From NCBI GenBank assembly GCA_964624415.1, contig CAZUWR010000001.1:180256-244255 (forward strand): a DNA stretch of 64,000 nt, in the 5' to 3' direction. Origin of the DNA: an uncultured Bdellovibrionales bacterium. Its GTDB lineage: Bacteria > Patescibacteriota > Minisyncoccia > Moranbacterales > UBA1568. A program made the position numbers and the translations under genes. The notes under the pieces are model-generated. The model saw only the letters and a list, made by a program, of their open reading frames with translations, was not told the origin of the DNA and did not search any database. This document shows, piece after piece, positions 1 through 9,999 of the stretch; within the stretch, counting starts at the first letter, position 1; every line of letters starts with the position of its first letter.

Positions 1-77
1 ATATAAACAAAACTCATTGCGCTCTTCCTCGTAAAAAAGTATAAAAAAATAACCACTCCATGTCGCCTGTTATCATG

Positions 78-105
78 GTATACTAAGGATATTCCCTTAG
101 TATAC
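78..105. promoter_or_regulatory. Palindrome gtatactaagg-N6-ccttagtatac, containing a TATACT hexamer on each strand, about 40 nt upstream of the flippase start
   Basis: Read directly from the sequence. Two 11-bp inverted arms flank a 6-nt spacer, and each arm contains a -10-like TATACT. It is a candidate operator/promoter. Confidence 0.3.
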
Positions 106-144
106 TCCATAATATTAAGACAATATTAGTATAGAAAAACGCTT

Positions 145-1608
145 ATGTCAAGACAAACCGCTCTCAAATCTATCTTCTGGCTTACCTTCTCGGAAATATT
201 GTTCAATCTCTCGGGCTATGTCATTCATGCGGTGGCCGGACGGCACTTAGGCCCGGCGGATTATGGTCGCTATAGCCTGGTCATTACCCTCACTACCGTC
301 ATAGTGGTACTGGTCGGCAACGGCATCCCGACAGCGATGTCCAAGTACCTCAGCGAGGCCTTCGAAAAAAATCCATCGCTTGTTCCGGTTATCAAAAAGC
401 AAGGTACTCGATTGCAAATGCTCGTGATGAGCGCTGTGACCGTAGTATTCTTCCTCGCCTCCCCACTCATCGCCTGGGCGCTCGGCGATGCCACCCTCAC
501 GCCGCTCTTTCAGCTCTCATCGCTCATCATACCCGCCTTTGCCGCCGCTTCTTTTTACTTTTCCTATTTCACCGGACTGCATCTCTTCAATCACCAATCC
601 ACGCTCAAGTCCTTCCGCTCCGTCGCTCGCATCATCGTCATCGTCGGTCTTGTACTGGTCTTCGGATTGCAGGGCGCTATTATCGGATACATCATCGCGC
701 CGCTCCTCACCTTTCTGCTCGGGATCTATTTGGACAAGAAAGTTTTCGCCACAGAATACGCACACCTTTCAACCAGCGAGACTTTTCCCGCGAAAAAACT
801 CCTCCGGTATGCCTGGCCGATCACCCTCTTTATGCTGTTTTACGAAATATTCGTATCGGTCGATCTCTATCTAATCAAAGCCCTGCTGCACAATGATGTC
901 CTCACCGGACTGTACAATGCTGCACTGACCATCGGACGCATCCCGTACTACCTCTTTTATGCACTTGCCATCTTCCTTCTTCCAGCGCTTGCTAAGATAC
1001 AATCCGAAAATGACACGGCAAAAATGAGACAGGTAATGACGACATCCCTGCGCTATGCCGGTATCATACTCCTCCCGACCGCCATCCTCATCATCGCCTA
1101 CGCTACGCCTCTGACGAGCCTCTTTTTCGGCAGCAAATACATCGCTTCAGCACCCATACTCCAGATACTGGTGGTGGGACTGAGTTTCCTCACTGTTTTC
1201 TATCTCCTGTGTTCGGCACTCAATGGTATCGGTCAGGCGAGACTATCGATGTGGCTTTCGGTTATCGGCACCCTTTTCAATGTCATCCTCAACTTTATCT
1301 TCATCGGACGCTGGGGTATCGTAGGCGCCGCATATGCCACGACCATCAGCGCCATACTCACCACCCTCATCGCACTCTTCATCTCACAGCCCTATATAAC
1401 TGTAGCATTCCACTGGACTAGCATAACCAAGACTTTGCTTACAGGAACGATACTGTGGTATACAGCATCACTTTTCCCTGCGCAAGGCAGCCTCTTCATA
1501 CTCTACAGTCTCGTTCTCGGTCTCGCATATACAGGAGGACTCTACGTACTCAATGTCATCACCGCAGACGACCTCGCTCGTTTTCACAAAAAAAAGAACC
1601 CCGCGTGA
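145..1608 (+). CDS. Polysaccharide biosynthesis flippase (Wzx/MOP superfamily)
   Basis: 487 aa with about 12-14 predicted TM helices. The N-terminus (SIFWLTFSEILFNLSGYV...GRHLGPADYGRYSL) is typical of oligosaccharide flippases (PF01943-like). Confidence 0.6.
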   Translation: MSRQTALKSIFWLTFSEILFNLSGYVIHAVAGRHLGPADYGRYSLVITLTTVIVVLVGNGIPTAMSKYLSEAFEKNPSLVPVIKKQGTRLQMLVMSAVTVVFFLASPLIAWALGDATLTPLFQLSSLIIPAFAAASFYFSYFTGLHLFNHQSTLKSFRSVARIIVIVGLVLVFGLQGAIIGYIIAPLLTFLLGIYLDKKVFATEYAHLSTSETFPAKKLLRYAWPITLFMLFYEIFVSVDLYLIKALLHNDVLTGLYNAALTIGRIPYYLFYALAIFLLPALAKIQSENDTAKMRQVMTTSLRYAGIILLPTAILIIAYATPLTSLFFGSKYIASAPILQILVVGLSFLTVFYLLCSALNGIGQARLSMWLSVIGTLFNVILNFIFIGRWGIVGAAYATTISAILTTLIALFISQPYITVAFHWTSITKTLLTGTILWYTASLFPAQGSLFILYSLVLGLAYTGGLYVLNVITADDLARFHKKKNPA

Positions 1609-1633
1609 TACTACAACGCAAGGCCTCATTTTT

Positions 1634-2065
1634 TCAGTTCTTTTCTTTCGGTCTTCTTGTATGATTTTCTAATCGATCTTTATCATAGATTCTTTGCCAC
1701 CACTCACAAAGTTTTTTAATTTTGTCTTTTCTTTCAACGCAATCCCTAAAATTCATCAATTCTATTTTGTGCCGCCAAACAGCACTTGTGACGTCGTCCT
1801 CCAAACCTTCAGGATCGATATAGTTTATCACTTGAATAGTCTGCGTAATCCACAATACAAAATCTCCTCGTTCCTCTTTTTGAATACTGAACCTGCATGG
1901 TATCTTTTGTTCATACCTAGACAGCAAGGCACCTAAATCGTAACGGTTATCTCTCAGCGCCTCTAAAATATCACATTCATCCTTGTCTTTTTTTGAAGCA
2001 TTGAATATTTCTTCCACTTTTTCGCGGAAATCATCCGGGTAAACAAGTTGGCTCATCGTTCGCAC
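1634..2065 (-). CDS. Hypothetical acidic cytosolic protein
   Basis: 143-aa ORF, divergent from the SNF2 helicase gene. No recognisable motif. The start may be the internal Met of MSQLVYP. Confidence 0.35.
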   Translation of the reverse strand: MRTMSQLVYPDDFREKVEEIFNASKKDKDECDILEALRDNRYDLGALLSRYEQKIPCRFSIQKEERGDFVLWITQTIQVINYIDPEGLEDDVTSAVWRHKIELMNFRDCVERKDKIKKLCEWWQRIYDKDRLENHTRRPKEKN

Positions 2066-2205
2066 TCCTCATAACAATACTTTTGTAGATTTTGTTATTC
2101 CTCAGCTACCTCGCAAAGAACACCGAAATCATATCCCATACACACGTTCATGTCAATTGTTATGCCCGCCAACAAACACCCCTCCCACTACAAAACTGGC
2201 TTTTT

Positions 2206-2241
2206 TGAGCGGTCCGTGGTATACTGGTTATTTACCGCTCA
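2206..2241 (+). promoter_or_regulatory. Extended -10 promoter TGGTATACT (2217-2225) bracketed by the inverted repeat tgagcggt/accgctca
   Basis: Read directly. TGnTATACT lies about 29 nt upstream of the helicase ATG. The 8-bp inverted arms at 2206-2213 and 2234-2241 flank the -10, giving an operator-like arrangement. Confidence 0.4.
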
Positions 2242-2253
2242 GCGACCATTTCT

Positions 2254-5200
2254 ATGCCCGAAATCGCTCTCAATAAGCATCATTTGACCGACCAGCTCCG
2301 CAGTTTTTTCGGCGGGGTCATGTTTCATCGTGGCAAAGAATACTTCGAGCAAAACCGCATCACAGACATCCGTATTTCACAGACCAATTCTCCGGAAAAA
2401 ATACAGATAGAGGCCTCGGTGCAAGGCACTGATCTGTATCAATCCAGCCTCAAGCTCAATTTGCGCACCGGGCAATTCGGTCATTCAAGGTGTTCGTGCC
2501 CATATGACTGGACCACCTGCAAGCACTCGGCTGCGCTCGGACTCGCCTTCATAGACAATGCCGATTCCCTCCTCAATGCCGATACTATCCAAGGCGTCGC
2601 CTTGCACAAAGAGAGACCGGCAAGCAAGAAATCTTTGCCCGCTCCTTCCATTCGCGTCAACAAGGATGTATTTGTCTTACCGGAAATCATCAGCAATCAC
2701 CTCGCTATTACCGATACTGATCCGCAAAAAACGCTTTCCGAAAAATACTACCTCATTATCGGCACGCGGTACTCGTTGAGTATCGACATCTACCTCAACA
2801 AAAATGATGCTCGCAATAACTGGCCGATCGCACCGGAAGTCATTCTGCAGTCTGAAGCGCACCGACTCAGCGATTCACAGAAAGACCTTTTTTCACTGCT
2901 TCGCGCCGTCAGTTTCCGCAATGCCGATGCCGACCTCGGCACACTCTTCACGTTGCTGGCATCCTCGAATCTGCCCGTATATCTGACCAAGAAATCCCGA
3001 GGAAACCTCCTTTCTTTCAATGCCTCTCCGAAAAAAATTCCCGCACAGCTATTCAAACAAGTATCCGAAACAACGCATTTCTCAGCGCAAACCCCTCGAA
3101 CCGACTTCATCTTCGCCTTCACGAAGCCGCTGTATGAGGACGGGAAAGTCTACTCGTTTTTTGGAAAACAGCATATCATACTCATCCGCGCACAGAATCA
3201 CACGGTAGAAATCCATCCTGTATCCTCGGCGATTTCCACGCTCGCAGCGACCTTAACCCAGACCGTTCGCGACCAGAGCCTCCCTGTTATTGAGCATCGC
3301 AAACAAGATACCGCCAACCTCTGGGAAACCGTGCTCGACGAAGAACACATCATCAACTTCAATCGATTCCTAACCGACGTGGAAAAAGCGTTTGATCTCA
3401 CGACATCGCTTCGTCCCTTGTTTTCAATACAGCAATCCTCCATTGCCACTCCGGTGATTTCTGTCGAGTATGACAGTGATCGGCATACGCTCGATATCCG
3501 CGCGACCATCGATTACGGATTCGCCAAAGTCGATGTATCCCAAGCCCTCTACAAGAGTATGCAGGGAGGCGGTATGAATTTCAAACGCAACCGACTCGAT
3601 GGTCGAAAACAGTATCATATCGTACTGGAAAAAGATACCATACACTACGCCCGCATCGATCACGCCCAAGAATCGGCACTATTTCAAAAACTGCATGCCG
3701 ATGATCGTTTCGGCTTTACCAAAAAAATGAGGTGTGTCCGCAAAGGCGCAAAAAATATATCGCTCTACCACACCCAGCACTGGCCACATCTGCAAAACCT
3801 CAAGCATCCTATCGAATATACCCGTCATCGATTCGCCTTTATCGAAGAACAGTTCAAAGCGGATGTGCGCGTCGATATGGACGCCAACAATGACTGGCTC
3901 ACCTTTGATGTGAATGTCTACTGCGGCGAAGATCGCGTGACACTCGATGACCTGAAGCGGTACATCCACGACAAGGAAGACTTCATCCGTATGAATGACG
4001 GCCGCTTATTGAAAATATCCAATACAAAGGATCTGGAACGGTTCGTGTTGATGCTGGAAAGTTTTCATCAGAAAGAAAATGACCGCTTCGAAGGCCGTGC
4101 CTACCACGCTCCCGAGCTTGAGAATATTTTCACCAACTCCCCCTATTACAATGCTAAATTTGAAAAGAGTTTCCGAAAATTTATGACAGAAGCTCAGAGC
4201 GGCAAACCGGTAGAGAAAGTCACCATGCCAGCATCTATAAGCAAAACGCTACGCACCTACCAAAAAGACGGCGTTCACTGGATGCATTTTCTACGCAAAT
4301 ATCGTTTTGCCGGAATCTTGGCCGACGATATGGGTCTGGGAAAAACACTGCAGGCGCTCACACTGCTCGATATGCACAAGCATGACAAAGAACCTTCGAT
4401 CGTTGTCTGCCCCAAAACGCTGCTCTTCAACTGGGAACAGGAAACGACCAAGTTCTTTCCCGATATCAAGACGCTCATCATCGAGGGCACACCTGCTGAA
4501 CGCGCCGAAAAAATACGGCACATCAAAGACTATGATCTGATTATCACATCCTATCCTTCCCTCAAAAAAGACTTCCCTACCTACGAAAAAACAGGGCAGC
4601 ATTTCCACTACTGCTTCATCGACGAGGCGCAGTTTATGAAAAATCACAAAACGCAGAACGCGCAGGTAGTCAAAAAAATCCCCGCCGATTATCGTCTTGC
4701 TCTTACCGGAACACCTCTGGAAAACAATGTTTCGGAAGTATGGTCTATTTTCGATTTCCTGATGCCGGGATTTTTGGGCAACTACGCGACCTTCGTCAAA
4801 AAATTCCAGACACCGATTATGAAAAACAACGATGCTCGTGCGCTGGACGAACTGCGCAAGAAAGTGTCGTGCTTTATGCTACGTCGTACCAAAGAAAAAG
4901 TGTTGACCGAACTTCCACCCAAGGTGGAACAAACGCTCTTGTGTGAACTCGAGGAAGCGCAGAACGTCTTGTATCAGGAAATCCTGGCCAATGTCAAAAG
5001 TAATATCTTCAATACGGTCAAAGAAAAAGGGTTTGCCAAATCCCACATCCATATCCTGGCAGGACTCACCAAGCTTCGGCAGGTCTGCAATCATCCAGCA
5101 CTACTTCTGAAGGACAAGGACTTCGATCAGTATGAATCCGCCAAGCTGAAAATATTCGAGGAACTCATCGAAGAAATCGTCTCTTCCGACCGAAAAGTGC

Positions 5201-5643
5201 TCGTCTTTAGCCAGTTCACGCAGATGCTTGATATTTTGCAGGAAGTGCTGCGCAAAAAAGGCGTGGAACACTTGTATCTCTCCGGTAAGACCAAGAATCG
5301 CAAGGAACTTGTGCAGGCATTTAATGAGGATGCTACCAAGAAAGTCTTTCTCATCAGCCTCAAAGCCGGCGGCACGGGACTCAACCTGACCTCTGCCGAC
5401 AATGTCATCATCTTTGATCCGTGGTGGAACCCGAGCGTGGAGAACCAGGCTGTCGATCGCGCCCACCGCATGGGTCAGACCAAGTCCGTCAATGTCTACC
5501 GCCTCGTCACCAAAGGCACCATCGAAGAAAAAATACTCAAACTCCAAGAGAAGAAGCAATTCCTTTTCGACAACCTCGTCAACGAAAGCAAGGATCTCTT
5601 CCAAAAACTCACCTGGGGCGATATCAAGGAGTTGTTTGAGTAA
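2254..5643 (+). CDS. SNF2-family helicase with N-terminal SWIM zinc finger
   Basis: 1129 aa. It carries a SWIM CxCxnCxH motif (CSCPYDWTTCKHSAALGL). The SNF2 N-domain has GILADDMGLGKT (Walker A) and a DEAQ box (CFIDEAQFMKN). The helicase C-domain has QAFNED..KVFLISLKAGGTGLNLTSADNVIIFDPWWNPSVENQAVDRAHRMGQTK. Confidence 0.85.
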   Translation: MPEIALNKHHLTDQLRSFFGGVMFHRGKEYFEQNRITDIRISQTNSPEKIQIEASVQGTDLYQSSLKLNLRTGQFGHSRCSCPYDWTTCKHSAALGLAFIDNADSLLNADTIQGVALHKERPASKKSLPAPSIRVNKDVFVLPEIISNHLAITDTDPQKTLSEKYYLIIGTRYSLSIDIYLNKNDARNNWPIAPEVILQSEAHRLSDSQKDLFSLLRAVSFRNADADLGTLFTLLASSNLPVYLTKKSRGNLLSFNASPKKIPAQLFKQVSETTHFSAQTPRTDFIFAFTKPLYEDGKVYSFFGKQHIILIRAQNHTVEIHPVSSAISTLAATLTQTVRDQSLPVIEHRKQDTANLWETVLDEEHIINFNRFLTDVEKAFDLTTSLRPLFSIQQSSIATPVISVEYDSDRHTLDIRATIDYGFAKVDVSQALYKSMQGGGMNFKRNRLDGRKQYHIVLEKDTIHYARIDHAQESALFQKLHADDRFGFTKKMRCVRKGAKNISLYHTQHWPHLQNLKHPIEYTRHRFAFIEEQFKADVRVDMDANNDWLTFDVNVYCGEDRVTLDDLKRYIHDKEDFIRMNDGRLLKISNTKDLERFVLMLESFHQKENDRFEGRAYHAPELENIFTNSPYYNAKFEKSFRKFMTEAQSGKPVEKVTMPASISKTLRTYQKDGVHWMHFLRKYRFAGILADDMGLGKTLQALTLLDMHKHDKEPSIVVCPKTLLFNWEQETTKFFPDIKTLIIEGTPAERAEKIRHIKDYDLIITSYPSLKKDFPTYEKTGQHFHYCFIDEAQFMKNHKTQNAQVVKKIPADYRLALTGTPLENNVSEVWSIFDFLMPGFLGNYATFVKKFQTPIMKNNDARALDELRKKVSCFMLRRTKEKVLTELPPKVEQTLLCELEEAQNVLYQEILANVKSNIFNTVKEKGFAKSHIHILAGLTKLRQVCNHPALLLKDKDFDQYESAKLKIFEELIEEIVSSDRKVLVFSQFTQMLDILQEVLRKKGVEHLYLSGKTKNRKELVQAFNEDATKKVFLISLKAGGTGLNLTSADNVIIFDPWWNPSVENQAVDRAHRMGQTKSVNVYRLVTKGTIEEKILKLQEKKQFLFDNLVNESKDLFQKLTWGDIKELFE

Positions 5644-5666
5644 GCCACAATAATCCTTTTTCTTCA

Positions 5667-5695
5667 TTGACAGGGTTTGTTTTGTATGCTATTAT
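5667..5695 (+). promoter_or_regulatory. Consensus sigma-70 promoter TTGACA-N17-TATTAT
   Basis: Read directly: ttgaca(5667-5672), then gggtttgttttgtatgc, then tattat(5690-5695). An RBS aaagaggg lies 7 nt before the ATG at 5775. Confidence 0.6.
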
Positions 5696-5774
5696 AGAGT
5701 GTCGAGTAAAGGCCTCCGGCGCTTTTACGAGACATGATAAATACTATTTTATATAAAACAAAGAGGGTTTACAA

Positions 5775-6317
5775 ATGAATATCAAACGTATTTGCACCAT
5801 ATTGGCTATCATTAGCTTATTGGTATTGTTCATAGCGGAAGTTGTGAATTATAGTCGTGCAACGAGTACAACTGAAGCAGATGCTTCGGTTTCGATAGTG
5901 GAGCAATATACTACCACCAATCTTGATCGTGTTGCCGCGCATTGTTCAGTACAGTTCAATGATGTATTTTTGAATGCCGCTAATACGATACGGCTCCTAA
6001 GAAGACCCGTATCCATCGCGGAAGCAAAAACGCAATTGGAGTTACTGGATCGCCTTAGCCGAGTAGAGGTCAATCAGATCAATAGTATTTGCGAAAGTGG
6101 TCGGCACAAAGCCTTTCTGGCACGTCTTGCCGTAACGCAACATACAGACTACTTCTTCGATACCCATACCGGGGTAAGCGTCGATGATAAACTCCTGTTG
6201 CTCAATAGGATTCCAGCGAATCAAACAACATTGGTCGCTCGCATAAAAAATCGTCTCCAAAAAATGGGTTGCAATGTTCAACAAGTTGATTTCGCATATC
6301 ATTGCGCAATTAACTAA
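5775..6317 (+). CDS. Hypothetical small secreted or membrane-anchored protein
   Basis: 180 aa with an N-terminal hydrophobic segment (ICTILAIISLLVLFIA). It is driven by the consensus promoter and followed by the terminator at 6339-6376. There is no pilin G-F-T-L-I-E motif. Confidence 0.45.
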   Translation: MNIKRICTILAIISLLVLFIAEVVNYSRATSTTEADASVSIVEQYTTTNLDRVAAHCSVQFNDVFLNAANTIRLLRRPVSIAEAKTQLELLDRLSRVEVNQINSICESGRHKAFLARLAVTQHTDYFFDTHTGVSVDDKLLLLNRIPANQTTLVARIKNRLQKMGCNVQQVDFAYHCAIN

Positions 6318-6338
6318 AAACCGATTACAGCGTGGCTA

Positions 6339-6376
6339 GAAAAACCCCGAACATGTGAATGTTCGGGGGTTTTTAT
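6339..6376. terminator. Bidirectional rho-independent terminator
   Basis: aaaaACCCCGAACATgtgaATGTTCGGGGgttttt. A GC-rich 13-bp stem with an A-tract on the 5' side and a T-tract on the 3' side sits between convergent genes. Confidence 0.7.
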
Positions 6377-6395
6377 ACCCAAGACTCTCTTTCAC

Positions 6396-7925
6396 TTACC
6401 ATCGATAGACGCTCACCTGGCCGCGAACCTGCGGATTGCTGATATGCTCCATATTTTTTTCGATAAAAGTCATCGCATCATTGGAGACAAAAGTATCGTC
6501 ATTGTCGGAGAGGACGACCCATCCGTGCGGATACTGACTGAGTATGGACTGCAGTCGCTCAGGTGTCAGTTTGTCCTTGGTCACTTCCCCGCCGATGTTT
6601 TCGATAGGCATATGTGCGCCAGACAGATAGTAACTGCGCAGATCGCGCGTGATGATGACATCATCCTTGGTACGATTCTTCATCACATAACCAAACACTT
6701 TCCTGTACTGAGGATTGTCGGACTGCGAAGTCTGATAATACGTAGTGTCGCTTTGGAAAAAATAGCCGTAATTCGGGAGGATAAGGAGACTGAGGATAAT
6801 GGTTGTGGCGAAAGCTTTTTTACCGAACTGCGGCATCTGCTGCTCGAAGAACTTAGCGACCGCGTATACGCCCAAAGCGATCATAATCATCTTAAACGGC
6901 TGAGCGAAAGAAATATACTGTTCGCCGACCGTGCGCCGCCACATAAAAACCGCCATAAACAAAGGGGTCAGAAACGAAAGCGCTACCCACAGACCCGCCT
7001 TGGTATGCTTTGTATCTTTCACTACATACCACACACCTGCGATGAAAAAGAATAGAGCAAGGAGACTGTGACTGTAGTCCTTGAGCACGATATCGAAATA
7101 CCCATAATGATTATCAGGAAAAGAGAAGGAGCTGGTCAAAAGCCCGAAGGTGCTGGGTGAAAGTATACGCAATAAAACAATACTCGCCACAAATCCTACG
7201 ATGATGGCCAGGTGTTTATTCCAGTGCCATCCCTTGTTTCGAACCAGCACAATAGCCTGTGCTATCGCATACGCCAAGACGATGAAAGCGATGTTGACGG
7301 TGAGTAAATGCAAGTGCAGACTCAGCGCTCCGAAAAGCAAAGCCGGCAGTATATAGAGCGCGTTGAGACCGAATCGTTTGTGTATCGTAGTGATCCATGT
7401 GATTTTACCCTGATATTTTTCCTCCAGGACGCGGTAAGTCATCCATGAAAATGCAAGAAAGACCGGCACAAACATCGCATACATACGCAAGCGCCGATCC
7501 ATCACTAGTGCCGAAATACTGATAGCATAGAAAAAGGCTGCTAGTAATCCGATTTCCTTGCGCTTGGTGAAGTATACGGTTGTCTGAAACACAAGAAGCA
7601 GCGTAACAAGACCCCATAGCGCACTGATGGCTCGAGCATGTTCCTCGGTCGGTGAAACCCAATGGAATAGCTCAGCCACCTGCCATTTATAAGCGAAAGC
7701 GCGTTCATCGCGAGCAATATTGGCATTCTCGGCCGTGTCGGGTCGTTCGAAGTTAAAATCCCACGCTTGCCACTGCCCGGTCTTGAAAAATCCGTACGAA
7801 GCATTGATATCAAGAAATTCATCCGCAACAAACGAGGTCGCTCCGAGATTGAAAAACCGCAAGAAGGCTCCGAGCAAAACGATGACAATCAACACTTTTT
7901 TCCAATCTTTGAAGAAGTTTTTCAT
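6396..7925 (-). CDS. GT-C glycosyltransferase, ArnT/PMT (GT39/GT83-like) family
   Basis: About 10 TM helices. The first extracytoplasmic loop has the Asp-Glu motif (ADEF) typical of PMT_2 family proteins, and there is a C-terminal soluble domain. The likely start is the Met of MKNFFKDWKK at 7925; the ORF track extends to 7970. Confidence 0.65.
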   Translation of the reverse strand: MKNFFKDWKKVLIVIVLLGAFLRFFNLGATSFVADEFLDINASYGFFKTGQWQAWDFNFERPDTAENANIARDERAFAYKWQVAELFHWVSPTEEHARAISALWGLVTLLLVFQTTVYFTKRKEIGLLAAFFYAISISALVMDRRLRMYAMFVPVFLAFSWMTYRVLEEKYQGKITWITTIHKRFGLNALYILPALLFGALSLHLHLLTVNIAFIVLAYAIAQAIVLVRNKGWHWNKHLAIIVGFVASIVLLRILSPSTFGLLTSSFSFPDNHYGYFDIVLKDYSHSLLALFFFIAGVWYVVKDTKHTKAGLWVALSFLTPLFMAVFMWRRTVGEQYISFAQPFKMIMIALGVYAVAKFFEQQMPQFGKKAFATTIILSLLILPNYGYFFQSDTTYYQTSQSDNPQYRKVFGYVMKNRTKDDVIITRDLRSYYLSGAHMPIENIGGEVTKDKLTPERLQSILSQYPHGWVVLSDNDDTFVSNDAMTFIEKNMEHISNPQVRGQVSVYRW

Positions 7926-8121
7926 AGTTGTGCAAACTATCCAAACCGTATCGATTTTTCTCAAAAACAAGACTCGCCGACCTTTTCCGTTACCTAAAAA
8001 TATCCCTCACTCGACACAATCAATGGCTATTTTTAGAACGGAAAAAGTCGTCTCAGACACGTTGTTTTCTTAAAAATCAATACGATTCGGATAGTTTATT
8101 TTAATTACAATTTAAAAGGCA

Positions 8122-9942
8122 TCACCCGCCGCTCTCATCCGCAGCTTCATCATCCGCGGTGCCGCCCTGATGATTCCACCACTCGCTCCAGGTGTAGCGC
8201 TCCGGCACGCTCGATACCGCAGGAGTTACATTCGGAACTTCCGGTTCGATAATCTGCTTTTCCGCCGTGATGGCCTTGGCTTTCGGCTGTAAGTGAAACA
8301 CCGTAAGCGTCCCTATTTCTTTTTCTTCTACCACATCGTACGCCGTCATATACTTTTGCAAACGATTGGTATGGTTGGACTCGGTACGGAGAATAAGGAA
8401 GTAATTGCCCTGTATATAGATACCATTGCTGTACCCGAGCACATCGTTGGTCATACCGCGACGTTCCATCAGGTACTTGAGAGCGCGCCTGTGCTCGGGC
8501 TCGCTGAACATATAGATCGGATACGTATTTTTCTTCTGAAACAGTTCCATATAATCCAAAACTTTCATCTGTTGTTCTAAAGTCACACGGGTTTTTTCTT
8601 TGAGTATCCTATCCGGCAAGGTATCGAAATTCTCAACAGAAGCGCGTTTGAGTTCACCCAATCGATGCGTCACGAAAAAGAGGTTGGACGCAATAAGTAC
8701 TGCCAACACCAGCCACACGATACCGGTAGCGATATATGCGTAGCGCTTCGCTGACTGCTGCAAAAATACGAGTAGCAGCCCGAAAAATACAAATGGAAAC
8801 GGCGCTATGAGCAGGAAGAATCGCGGCGCGAAATCATACGAAAGCGGTAAGAAAAGAGCGAAACAAGCGCCGAACCACAAAAACAACAAGAGAAGAAAAT
8901 CTTTCTTGCGCGGATCCGCCTCCTTCCACAAATTCCACATGAGGAGCGCTCCCCCGCCCAGAAAAACAACCATTGCCAGAAACGCTGACAGAAAATGCTC
9001 GTGGCAGTCATCATCGCAGATGAGCTCGAAATCGAATGTGCCCTGGCTAATGAATTGCCCCATCGAGGATTCCTCATAGCCGGTCAGTACTACCCAGTAC
9101 CCCAAAGCATGATTGGTGGTATCATGCACAAATTGTTCTACTAACGTATGATGCGACTTGTTGGACTTTCCGTGCACCGCCTGTATGAACTCTTGAGTAT
9201 TGGCACCGCCGGTAATCATTTCGTTCAAAAGCATCGGCATATACATAACCGCGATGACCGCGACCACAGCGAGCCACACTTTCCAGGAAAACCGCACACG
9301 CTTTATCAACAAGAAAATACCGACAATGACCGGCAGCGAAACGAAGGCAAGAAAATGCAGATGTGTCGCAAACGTCAACAGAAAAGCGGACAAGACCAAC
9401 CATCGGTCGCGATGCATTTCATCCCTATCCACCGCACGCAGCAAGGCATAGAAACCCAGCATCAAAAAAAACGGTACCGGATTGGGATTCCACACGAATC
9501 GACCGTATAAGACCACAAAGGCCGAGACGGAAAAAAGCATAGTAAGACCCAGTGAAAGCGCTACCGTAAAGTACCGTCGCATCAGAAAGAAAAAGACGAC
9601 GATGGACGCGATGGACAACACAGCAATGGGTACCGCTAGACCTCCGGGTGTACTCCCGAACACCAAAGCGCCCAGGTACTCCATATAGTAGAATCCCGGT
9701 CCGAGACGCAAGAACGTCCCTCCGGCACGAGGGCCGAGCAGCGGCAGATTGCCGATACCCTGATCGATGGCCAGGGCGATCACTTTGGCATCGCGAGCCT
9801 GATCGAGCTCGAAGTGCAACCAATCCGACAGATGGTACAGGCGTAAAAACGCACCCAGCACCACAATGAGCGCCATGACTGCAAACACGCCCCGCTTTCC
9901 TTCGAAAAACTGTTTCACTTTCTTTTTCGGGCTTTTTAACAT
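8122..9942 (-). CDS. GT-C glycosyltransferase, ArnT/PMT-like family (paralog 2)
   Basis: 606 aa and multi-TM. It has LGAFLRLYHL...ELDQARDA (a DE/DxD-like motif in loop 1) and a roughly 200-aa C-terminal extracytoplasmic domain with an acidic tail. Confidence 0.6.
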   Translation of the reverse strand: MLKSPKKKVKQFFEGKRGVFAVMALIVVLGAFLRLYHLSDWLHFELDQARDAKVIALAIDQGIGNLPLLGPRAGGTFLRLGPGFYYMEYLGALVFGSTPGGLAVPIAVLSIASIVVFFFLMRRYFTVALSLGLTMLFSVSAFVVLYGRFVWNPNPVPFFLMLGFYALLRAVDRDEMHRDRWLVLSAFLLTFATHLHFLAFVSLPVIVGIFLLIKRVRFSWKVWLAVVAVIAVMYMPMLLNEMITGGANTQEFIQAVHGKSNKSHHTLVEQFVHDTTNHALGYWVVLTGYEESSMGQFISQGTFDFELICDDDCHEHFLSAFLAMVVFLGGGALLMWNLWKEADPRKKDFLLLLFLWFGACFALFLPLSYDFAPRFFLLIAPFPFVFFGLLLVFLQQSAKRYAYIATGIVWLVLAVLIASNLFFVTHRLGELKRASVENFDTLPDRILKEKTRVTLEQQMKVLDYMELFQKKNTYPIYMFSEPEHRRALKYLMERRGMTNDVLGYSNGIYIQGNYFLILRTESNHTNRLQKYMTAYDVVEEKEIGTLTVFHLQPKAKAITAEKQIIEPEVPNVTPAVSSVPERYTWSEWWNHQGGTADDEAADESGG

Positions 9943-9999
9943 AGAATAGAATTACTTCTATCCTTAGTATAGTCATATTTTTAAACATAAGCAATCGCT

